Part shown: piece after piece, positions 9,923-17,514 of the stretch
Position numbering within the stretch: the first letter of the stretch is position 1
Layout of the letters: each line of letters opens with the position of its first letter
Origin: Campylobacterota bacterium
GTDB taxonomy: Bacteria > Campylobacterota > Campylobacteria > Campylobacterales > Sulfurovaceae
Direction of reading: 5' to 3'
Length of the DNA: 19,189 nt
Assembly (NCBI GenBank): GCA_034722955.1
Contig: JAYEOM010000029.1
Span: forward strand, 2,275 to 21,463
The notes under the pieces: generated by a model
What the model saw: the letters and a program-made list of their open reading frames with translations, nothing else
Database searches by the model: none
What the model was told of the DNA's origin: nothing
Program-made: the position numbers and the translations under genes

Positions 9923-10708
9923 ATGAAAAAAATAGAGATACTAAAAGGCATTGCTCAAGAGGCAGGCAAGATTGTAAGAGATGGATTTTATGCCAACAAA
10001 AAAGTCACCCATAAAGGTCTAGTTGACCTCGTCACCGACTACGATCTGCTAACAGAAGAGTTTATACTAGAGTCACTCAAAAAAGATTTTCCTGACTATA
10101 GACTCATAGGCGAAGAGAGCCACCCCAAGCAAGAGAACTACCATTCCACCAAAGCTATCTATATAGACCCTATCGATGGAACAACCAACTTTATACATGG
10201 CATCCCTCATCTAGCGATCTCTATCGGTATCTGGGAGAACGGTGCTCCTCTGATGGCTGTCGTATACAATCCTATACTTGTAGAGCTCTTCTGGGCCGAG
10301 GCGGGAGAGGGTGCCTACTGCAATGGAGTCAAACTCTCAGTTTCACCTCAGGCAGACCTACAGCAGTCCCTCATCGCTACCGGTTTTCCATATGCCAAAG
10401 TCAATCAGGGGATAGAGTACAAATGGGTCACTCAATCCATCACAAATCTCCTGCCACACATCCGTGATATTCGACGACTCGGTGCAGCGGCACTCGATCT
10501 ATGTTATTTGGCAGAGGGGAAAACAGATGCCTTTTATGAGATCGACCTCAAGCCTTGGGATGTCGCTGCCGGTATCCTTATCCTTCTAGAGGCTGGAGGT
10601 CAAGTCACCAACACTTCAGGTGGAGTATTTGATTTTGATGACAGGGGAGTCGTAGCAAGCAATGGAAAGATTCATACGAAACTCTTGGAGTATCTGGAGG
10701 ATATTTGA
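9923..10708 (+). CDS. suhB: Inositol monophosphatase family protein
   Basis: DLVTDYD, GEE, IDPIDGTTNF, ATGFPY, RRLGAAALDLCY, PWDVAAG. Start set at ATG 9923. Confidence 0.92.
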   Translation: MKKIEILKGIAQEAGKIVRDGFYANKKVTHKGLVDLVTDYDLLTEEFILESLKKDFPDYRLIGEESHPKQENYHSTKAIYIDPIDGTTNFIHGIPHLAISIGIWENGAPLMAVVYNPILVELFWAEAGEGAYCNGVKLSVSPQADLQQSLIATGFPYAKVNQGIEYKWVTQSITNLLPHIRDIRRLGAAALDLCYLAEGKTDAFYEIDLKPWDVAAGILILLEAGGQVTNTSGGVFDFDDRGVVASNGKIHTKLLEYLEDI

Positions 10709-10720
10709 GATACTACTTTA

Positions 10721-11012
10721 GGCTACCCCAAGGAGATAAACACCCAAATAGCTTTATGAGGTTTTTCATAGACAAGGCAATCGTTTGCAGGACTAGCCTT
10801 AGCTAATTGCCCGTAGGAAATGCCCTTGGGGTACAAAAACGATTAACGAAGTCATATGGGAAACCTCATAAAGCCCGTAGGGAAGTCACCAAGAGGGCAA
10901 TCTTCACAAAATATAATTCTCCAATTAGCTATGGCTAGTCCTACGAATTATATTTTGCAAATCTTACCCTCTTGGTGACTTCTATTTGTGTGTTTATCTC
11001 CTTGGGGTAGCC
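10721..11012. mobile_element. 292-bp MITE-like non-autonomous element with 31-bp TIRs and TTA target duplication
   Basis: TIRs ggctaccccaaggagataaacac(c/a)caaatag at 10721-10751 and 10982-11012 (30/31 match). TTA on both flanks (10718-10720, 11013-11015). No transposase ORF. Confidence 0.85.
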
Positions 11013-11979
11013 TTAGCAGACCGTTTGTCCGCTCTATAAACTCTTCAACTCTCTCTGACTCATCAAACTGTGTCGATACAACTTTGAAGCTCATATCAGG
11101 ATATGCCATAAAGTTGTGATTTTCAAGTGCTTGGCGTAGGCGTGCCTCAAGGATAGGAGCCCCCTCTACACCTGTATCGGGCAGGATGATGAGAAATAGG
11201 TTCTCATCATAACGACAAGCGATATCACTGGTGCGTGTGAGAGAGTTGATCAAGCCTCCCAGGATGGACGATATATGTGACTTCTCCTGCTTGGTGTAGA
11301 CTCTGCTTTTTCTGTCGAGATTGGCTGACTCTACAGAGATCATAGAGAGTGGGTAGTCGTGACGCTTCGATCTGGAACAAGCACTCTCTAGATGGCTGAT
11401 GAGATAGTTGTGATTAAAGAGTTTGGTCGGAATATCATAGATAGTATGTTTTGATAACTGCTTGTGCATATATTCACGCACCACAAAGATCATCAGAAGC
11501 AGAAAGATAACAGTAAGCAGAAAACTGATATAGAAGATATTTTCAACTCTATTTTGTTTAAGTGAGAGCATCTTGTCTACAGTAAAAGTGACTGATTTCA
11601 CTGCTCTCCAGCACTCCAATGCATTTTTGTTCTCAGGATCTGCTCGGAGTTCTCTCCAGCAGGATAGCACTCTATCGTAATCCTCTTGAAGTGTACGCCC
11701 TCCGACATAAAACTTTATTCTCCTGTTTGATTCAAACCATGGCGTGAGCCGCTCCAAGTCTCGATCTATTCGAGATCCAATCTCTTCGCGTTTGACTTCA
11801 TCATCTATCTGCTCATAAACAAGCATCTCGCCGCCACTCCTGCTCAACTGATGCATGACTGCTGTATCGGATGCTGCATCCTGTATGGCACTGTAGTTAA
11901 AGTAAAAACTAAAAGGGAGTATCAAAATCCCAAAATAGAGTAGCAGAGTGATACGGCAGTTTGACCAAGATGGTTGCAT
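10948..11979 (-). CDS. Membrane-bound sensor protein with degenerate GGDEF domain
   Basis: Two TM segments flank a periplasmic domain. YDIPTKLFN, YPLSMI, RTSDIACRY-DENLF-LIILPDT, with DENLF in place of GGDEF. AAGGA RBS. The last 21 aa derive from the MITE. Confidence 0.8.
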   Translation of the reverse strand: MQPSWSNCRITLLLYFGILILPFSFYFNYSAIQDAASDTAVMHQLSRSGGEMLVYEQIDDEVKREEIGSRIDRDLERLTPWFESNRRIKFYVGGRTLQEDYDRVLSCWRELRADPENKNALECWRAVKSVTFTVDKMLSLKQNRVENIFYISFLLTVIFLLLMIFVVREYMHKQLSKHTIYDIPTKLFNHNYLISHLESACSRSKRHDYPLSMISVESANLDRKSRVYTKQEKSHISSILGGLINSLTRTSDIACRYDENLFLIILPDTGVEGAPILEARLRQALENHNFMAYPDMSFKVVSTQFDESERVEEFIERTNGLLRLPQGDKHTNRSHQEGKICKI

Positions 11980-12021
11980 TTTTTATCCTTAATGTAGCTT
12001 GTTTTTTGGGTTAGGGTAGCC

Positions 12022-12486
12022 TTAATGCTCTATTAGAGTACCGCGTAGAGGTATGGGAAAAGTCTCTATATCTATAAGCAGACGCAATCTATCGCAGTAG
12101 TGGTTACTGCTACTGCCAAACTCTATGATGAGAGTTTCACTCTCTGATCCTGGATTGTCGATCTTGAGGATGATACAGTCACTACTATCTTCTATGATGA
12201 TATTGGCAATATGATTGCCTGTGTCAGTCGCCTCATTTTGGTTGACCATGACACGGATACTATCGGACATATCAGACAGATGAGCCGTTGTCTCTCCCCT
12301 GGCGACTGCATAAGAGACTATATCATTGGCTGCTGTCATAATGTTTTGTGCTTTTACCGAGAGCTTTGCATCCCATCTGGTAGCAGAGAGTTTAGGGATA
12401 GCAACCGCTGCCAAAATACCGATGATTACGATAACAAAGATCAACTCTATCATGGTGAAAGCTTTTCTATTTTTTATAATTAACAT
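12022..12486 (-). CDS. Type IV pilin/pseudopilin-like protein (prepilin N-terminal cleavage/methylation domain)
   Basis: RKA|FTMIELIFVIVIIGILAAVAIPKL class III signal with Glu5, two Cys in the C-terminal domain, AGGAG RBS. Confidence 0.88.
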   Translation of the reverse strand: MLIIKNRKAFTMIELIFVIVIIGILAAVAIPKLSATRWDAKLSVKAQNIMTAANDIVSYAVARGETTAHLSDMSDSIRVMVNQNEATDTGNHIANIIIEDSSDCIILKIDNPGSESETLIIEFGSSSNHYCDRLRLLIDIETFPIPLRGTLIEH

Positions 12487-12651
12487 AATCTATGACTCCT
12501 GATATGGGTAGTATATCAAAATATTCAATTTTTTCCAAAACAGATCCAATAAGAAAATTTTGCAAAATTTTAATATTTACCAAAGCTTTTATAGTGTAAA
12601 ATTTGTATAGACCAATTATTGAGTTGGTACTTAATTTCCAAGGAGTTTATC

Positions 12652-13020
12652 ATGAAACGCGGATTTACTATGATCGAATTGATCTTTGTTATCGTTATTA
12701 TCGGTATTTTGGCAGCGGTTGCCATCCCTAAACTAGCAGCGACTAGAGATGATGCTAAAATCAGTACAGAGTTGAACAACCTATCGACTTGTATCAATGA
12801 TGTTGGTTCTGCATATACTGCACGAGGTGTATATGATAAGGACACACAGGCTTGTAATGCAGTAAAATGTTTTACTTTTACCAATAGTCAATATAACCTT
12901 CAGGTCTCGAATAATTCTGATGGTGGGTCACATTGTCCACAGGCAAATAGTGCTGCTAATTCAAAAGGTCTTGTAACTACTCATATCTTTGCAGGTACAG
13001 GTATAGACTACGACCAATAA
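12652..13020 (+). CDS. Type IV pilin-like protein (prepilin N-terminal cleavage/methylation domain)
   Basis: MKRG|FTMIELIFVIVIIGILAAVAIPKLAATRDDAK, four Cys. AAGGAG RBS places the start at ATG 12652 rather than 12619. Confidence 0.9.
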   Translation: MKRGFTMIELIFVIVIIGILAAVAIPKLAATRDDAKISTELNNLSTCINDVGSAYTARGVYDKDTQACNAVKCFTFTNSQYNLQVSNNSDGGSHCPQANSAANSKGLVTTHIFAGTGIDYDQ

Positions 13021-13036
13021 ATATATGGCTGCTGTT

Positions 13037-13063
13037 TAGAGCTTCTCTTTAGAGAAAGCTCTA
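13037..13063 (+). terminator. Stem-loop after the pilin gene (terminator or mRNA-stabilising hairpin)
   Basis: TAGAGCTT-CTCT-tt-AGAG-a-AAGCTCTA, with no immediate U-tract. Confidence 0.45.
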
Positions 13064-13084
13064 GGCACGGTTTAGATTTTATTT

Positions 13085-13124
13085 TTTAGATAAAATTAAT
13101 TAGAAATATTTAATTTTATCTAAA
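13085..13124. promoter_or_regulatory. Perfect 15-bp inverted repeat containing -10-like GATAAAAT on both strands
   Basis: TTTAGATAAAATTAA-N10-TTAATTTTATCTAAA upstream of pglB. Confidence 0.5.
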
Positions 13125-13187
13125 GAGTATTTTATCTCCAAGATATTAGACAAAGCTTCATATATCTCACTATATACAAAGGAGTAT

Positions 13188-15380
13188 TTGTTGACTATCA
13201 CAACAAGACTACAAAAAACAATCAGTTCACTTCTGTTGCCACAAGAAAACAGTAGTAGCAAAAAATTTTTACTCTACATACTTTTTGCTTATCTCTTTGG
13301 GATGATTGTTAGATTGACAACACTGGTGCAAGCACTGCAGATAGAAGCTTTCTGGCAAGATGGCAACCCTGTGGCTATCTGGACACCGGATGCAGGACGA
13401 TATGGATACTATGCGAAGGTTCTTTTGGATGGGGGTGACCTCCCTCTGAGTGCTGACTATCTGACCGGCTATCTTGTGGCGGGTCTCTCCTCTCTCTTCT
13501 CTATATCTGTAGAGTGGGTGATGCTCATACTCCCGGTTATCATCGCACCATTGATCGTGGTACCTATGATGATGATAGCCAAGAGCATAAACCAGCTCAC
13601 ACTGGGATTTTTAGCTTCTCTGATCGCAGTGAGTGAAAGCTACTACTATGCACGAACCAGTTTGGGATTTATGGACACTGATGGTGTCAATCTGCTTTTG
13701 ATCTTGTTCTCTTTGGCATTTATAGTCAAATCTATTCTGGAGAAAAAGCTGAGCTACGCTGTGACTGCTGCTCTATTTTTGCAACTCTTTTCACTATGGT
13801 ATCACTCCTCCAATATTATAAATCTCTTGATAATAGGTGTCTCTCTTGTGGTTGTATTGGTCTACTATCGCAGAGAGGCGGCAGCGGTACAACTCATATT
13901 TTTATTGGGAGTATCTGTTATACCTATCTCTTTTGGATTAAAACTGCTGGCTCTGTCTCTGCTATTTCTGCTCTTTGCTCTACTGAACAGATATAGAAAG
14001 ATATCTCCCAAAATCTACTTTTTTGTACTCTTCTCCTCTATAGCTATAGTAGCACTCTATATAGGGCCGGCACACTATCTCCATCGTGCAATGATCTATC
14101 TATCTCCAAATATTCAGCTGCACTACGGCACAAATGGCATTGACTACTCTTATGCAAATGACCTGCTGTCTGTTAGTGAAGCATCACCCTCAAGATTATG
14201 GGATTCTGGGGCTCCCCATTTTATGACAGATTTTTATCTGATGGTTGGGATAGTAGGGTATATACTCTTTGCTCTAGTCTATCCTCCTATGCTCTTTGTG
14301 GCTCCACTATTTGTGCTTGGTGCATTGTCTGCTTGGGGCGGTATACGCTTCTCTATGTATGCTACACCGGCATTGGCGTTTGGTGCTACCTATCTCCTGT
14401 ATCTACTGAAAGAGCTTTTTGCTAGATATCTCAAACCCTCAAGATATAGCAGTAGATTCCCATTCTATGTGACGACGCTCATCTTGCTATTGATGATATA
14501 TAATATTTTGATGATAAATATGTCTGCAATGCTAAAGACCAATATATATGCTCCTGAGGCAAAAGCACTAAAGGCAATTTCAAAAGATTTGAAAGATAGA
14601 GATACTATCATCAGCTGGTGGGATTATGGCTGGCCCCTATGGTACTATACCGGATATGACAATACTCTGGTTGACAATGGTAGGCACGGTGGTCCTGATT
14701 CATATATTATCGCTCGCATGTTGATAAGTTCAGATCCAGAGTACACTCGTAATACAGCTGTTATCTTAGGTGACAATAGATTGAAGTCAGTTGATAGGGG
14801 ATATAAGTTTGTATTGCCATACTTGGCGGAAGAGCATAACCTCTCAGCTCTCTTCTCTATGGACAAGAGAGATATAGAACTCTCCAAAGAGAGTCCGAGT
14901 GGTGATATATATATCATGCTTCACCATAAGATGTTGGATTATCTTGGTGTGTTAAATAGCTTTTCAAGAGAGAAGTTGACGGGTGGTTCATCAGGCTCTC
15001 TGCCTGTTGTGCGTATAACTGATCTTGTAAAGCCCTTCTCCTCCAACCATAGCCTAGTGGAGGGGTATTCGTATATACTAGATAGCAGTGACGGCAAGGT
15101 GCTAGATGCCAAAGGCAACAAAACAGCAGTCTCGGCAGTCACTATAGTCTCTGGTAACAAGAGAGAGAAGGGCTATCGATTTGAACATAAAGATGAAGAG
15201 ACTAAAGGTCAAGTAATAGTTTATCAAAATAAGTTCATCTGGCTAGACCAAGAGCTCTATGATAGTTTTTTCATCCAAGCAATGCTCTTTGATCTATATG
15301 ATAAAGATCTTTTTGAGAAGGTAGCTGAGACAGAGAGGATCAAGATCTTTAAGATAAAGAGATCCGGCAAGGATCAATAA
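13188..15380 (+). CDS. pglB: STT3/PglB-family N-oligosaccharyltransferase
   Basis: Multi-TM N-terminal domain. WTPD, YYART…DTD, SVSE, GIRF, WWDYG (14616-14630) and DNGRH motifs correspond to the PglB catalytic motifs. TTG start with AAGGAG RBS. Confidence 0.92.
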   Translation: MLTITTRLQKTISSLLLPQENSSSKKFLLYILFAYLFGMIVRLTTLVQALQIEAFWQDGNPVAIWTPDAGRYGYYAKVLLDGGDLPLSADYLTGYLVAGLSSLFSISVEWVMLILPVIIAPLIVVPMMMIAKSINQLTLGFLASLIAVSESYYYARTSLGFMDTDGVNLLLILFSLAFIVKSILEKKLSYAVTAALFLQLFSLWYHSSNIINLLIIGVSLVVVLVYYRREAAAVQLIFLLGVSVIPISFGLKLLALSLLFLLFALLNRYRKISPKIYFFVLFSSIAIVALYIGPAHYLHRAMIYLSPNIQLHYGTNGIDYSYANDLLSVSEASPSRLWDSGAPHFMTDFYLMVGIVGYILFALVYPPMLFVAPLFVLGALSAWGGIRFSMYATPALAFGATYLLYLLKELFARYLKPSRYSSRFPFYVTTLILLLMIYNILMINMSAMLKTNIYAPEAKALKAISKDLKDRDTIISWWDYGWPLWYYTGYDNTLVDNGRHGGPDSYIIARMLISSDPEYTRNTAVILGDNRLKSVDRGYKFVLPYLAEEHNLSALFSMDKRDIELSKESPSGDIYIMLHHKMLDYLGVLNSFSREKLTGGSSGSLPVVRITDLVKPFSSNHSLVEGYSYILDSSDGKVLDAKGNKTAVSAVTIVSGNKREKGYRFEHKDEETKGQVIVYQNKFIWLDQELYDSFFIQAMLFDLYDKDLFEKVAETERIKIFKIKRSGKDQ

Positions 15381-16726
15381 CTCCCCCTCTTGTATATAAC
15401 TGCGTCTAGTGTTTTGATCAAAATCATGATATCGAGATCAATAGACCAGTTGCGTACATACCATACATCCAACTGTACCCGCTCCATATAGTCAATATCA
15501 TTTCGTCCGCTCACTTGCCATAGACCTGTGATACCAGGGTTGACGGCAGAAAAATAGTGGAAATACTCCCCATATTTTACTATCTCCTTTTTGACAATAG
15601 GACGGGGTCCCACTAGTGACATCTCACCACGAAGGACATTGTATAGTTGTGGGAGTTCATCGAGAGATGTTTTGCGTAGGAAGTTGCCTATAGGGGTGAT
15701 GCGAGGGTCATTTTTGAGTTTATGCTCCCGCTCCCACTCTCTCCTAGCATTTTCATCTCTAGCTAGCACTCTCTCTAGTGCTTCATCGGCATCTGTTCGC
15801 ATAGTTCTGAACTTATAGATAGCAAATGGTTTACCTCTCCTTCCGATACGCATCTGAGTATAGATGGGATTGCCCGGACTTAGGAGTATGATCATCAGGT
15901 ATATGATCAGAAGTATAGGCAGAAGTGTGATGGTAATGAGCAGTGCTAGCATAAGATCAAAACTGTTTTTAATAAACTTGTCTAGTGGATGGAGGAGATT
16001 GTTTTTGATACTAAATGCAACACCTTTTTGAGTGATAGATCCGATGATCTCTGCATTTATGAGTGGGACTTTGCTAAGTTTTGGCAACAGAAGCAGGCGG
16101 CTAAAATCTTTTTGGAGTGTCTCTAGCCATTGAAAAGTTTCATCCATAGTGGCAGACTCTATCGCCACGACTACTGCGTAGAATGATTGATGGTTTGAGA
16201 TCATCTCTAACTCTCTAGGTATATCAGTATGCTCTTCGAGTAGGATAGTCTCTGCAATGACAAAACCAAAGGTCTCCTTTCCGTTGAACCAAGCATGGAC
16301 TTTTTTCAAGCCTTCGTCATCACAGATCACAAGAATCTGCTCTTGCAACCATGGGTATCTCAGCAGTATCTGCCGGATAAAATAGATGGGCAGAGGCAGT
16401 AGTAGATTGAGCATAAAATAGCTGATAACGATGAAACGAGAGTACTCTTCACTCTGCTTGGAGACAAAAAGGATCGAAAATAGTGCGATGAGTGCAAGAG
16501 TATCTGCTTTTATGATATTGAGCGATTGGGTTGAGCTTGCCATTCGGTTGCCAAAGAGCCCAAAGACAAAAAAAAAGAGAGCATATACCCCTATAAACCA
16601 AAAGTAGTGACCAAGAGGATGTGCTGCTATATCGCTGATGAAATAGCTAGATAGTGTATGGGCGACCAGTAGATTGACAAAGAGAAAAAAGATGTAGAGT
16701 GATGCCATAGTGACAAAGTAACGCAT
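15374..16726 (-). CDS. wbaP: Undecaprenyl-phosphate hexose-1-phosphate transferase, WbaP family
   Basis: N-terminal TMs and C-terminal Bac_transf domain: KNSFD, YKFRTM, KLKNDPRIT, LRKTSLDELPQ, MSLVGPRP, PGITGLWQVSGRN, YVRNWS. TGATG coupling to the upstream gene. Sugar specificity cannot be proven from sequence. Confidence 0.88.
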   Translation of the reverse strand: MRYFVTMASLYIFFLFVNLLVAHTLSSYFISDIAAHPLGHYFWFIGVYALFFFVFGLFGNRMASSTQSLNIIKADTLALIALFSILFVSKQSEEYSRFIVISYFMLNLLLPLPIYFIRQILLRYPWLQEQILVICDDEGLKKVHAWFNGKETFGFVIAETILLEEHTDIPRELEMISNHQSFYAVVVAIESATMDETFQWLETLQKDFSRLLLLPKLSKVPLINAEIIGSITQKGVAFSIKNNLLHPLDKFIKNSFDLMLALLITITLLPILLIIYLMIILLSPGNPIYTQMRIGRRGKPFAIYKFRTMRTDADEALERVLARDENARREWEREHKLKNDPRITPIGNFLRKTSLDELPQLYNVLRGEMSLVGPRPIVKKEIVKYGEYFHYFSAVNPGITGLWQVSGRNDIDYMERVQLDVWYVRNWSIDLDIMILIKTLDAVIYKRGSY

Positions 16727-17514
16727 CAAGATCTCCTCCTCCTGCTGAAGATCTTGCGCTTGAGCATCTCCATACCTTTGTTAAATAGATCTTCTCCTTC
16801 TAGATTGACTACTTCTAACTCAACAGTATTTAGAGTGTTGTGTCGTAACCAGACATTGAAGAGTCGCTCTCCCATAAATCCAAAAACCCGTTTCTGATAA
16901 GCATCGCGACCACTAACATCGATCTTCTCCTCTAGCGAGAATAGTAGAGGAAAGAGCCACTGGCAGTAGCTATCAAAGAGAGAATCGGACATCACAAACA
17001 TATTGTAGAGATAGAGTGATCGTTGCTTCAAAACTTGGTCAAAGGCTTGTAGATACTCAGGTGATCTCTCAAGAACTACCTCTCTGAGTATATCCATATC
17101 TTTATGGTAGTGAGCATGAGCATAGTGCGAAGAGATGGTTTCGATGTAGTAGTGTCGTTTTTTTGGGACGATGACATCATATGATGAGAGCAGGGTTTTG
17201 ATACTATCCTCATCGAGTATAGAGAGCTCTCCAAATTTATCGCTCGCAAACTTCTCATCCCCTGCAAAATAACGACGATAGTGTACTAGTCCAACATAGT
17301 CACTATCATCAAAATATCTGTTTTTCCAAGCCCAATAGAGTGCTGTAAGCTCACAAAAAGTGTCGTTTTTATCTGAAATATTATCTCCACTACTATCATA
17401 TAGGTAACCGAACCTAATGGTTCTAAGTGCTGTACCTACCTGTATGGGATGATAGAGTGGATCTTCAGGAAACTGGTATGGTCTGTGTGTTGCCACTAGT
17501 ATAGTACTTCTCAA
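16726..17514 (-). CDS. DUF4422 glycosyltransferase (GT111-type, putative galactofuranosyltransferase)
   Basis: VATH, PIQVG, GDNISDKNDTFCELTALYWAWKN, GLVHYRRYF, NMFVM, RVFGFMGERLFNVW. Coupled to glf by a TTGA overlap. Confidence 0.85.
   Translation of the reverse strand: MRSTILVATHRPYQFPEDPLYHPIQVGTALRTIRFGYLYDSSGDNISDKNDTFCELTALYWAWKNRYFDDSDYVGLVHYRRYFAGDEKFASDKFGELSILDEDSIKTLLSSYDVIVPKKRHYYIETISSHYAHAHYHKDMDILREVVLERSPEYLQAFDQVLKQRSLYLYNMFVMSDSLFDSYCQWLFPLLFSLEEKIDVSGRDAYQKRVFGFMGERLFNVWLRHNTLNTVELEVVNLEGEDLFNKGMEMLKRKIFSRRRRS

Noticed and set aside
10721..11012. CRISPR array or tRNA/known ncRNA interpretation of the repeats
   Set aside because: The repeats are inverted and nested, not regularly spaced direct repeats with unique spacers. 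There is no cloverleaf and no cas gene.
12014..12024. GGGTAGCC-TTA matching the MITE right end, at the pilin stop codon
   Set aside because: Only 11 bp and no partner end nearby. It could be a relic but cannot be distinguished from chance.
12570..12884. 104-aa minus ORF, plus 12211-12483(+) and the small ORFs inside pglB, wbaP, DUF4422 and glf
   Set aside because: Antisense or alternate-frame overlaps of stronger genes.
16568..16576. A9 tract (T9 on the coding strand) in wbaP as a phase-variation site
   Set aside because: In frame, encoding Phe residues in a TM helix. Campylobacterota contingency tracts are typically poly-G/C, and A/T runs are common here.
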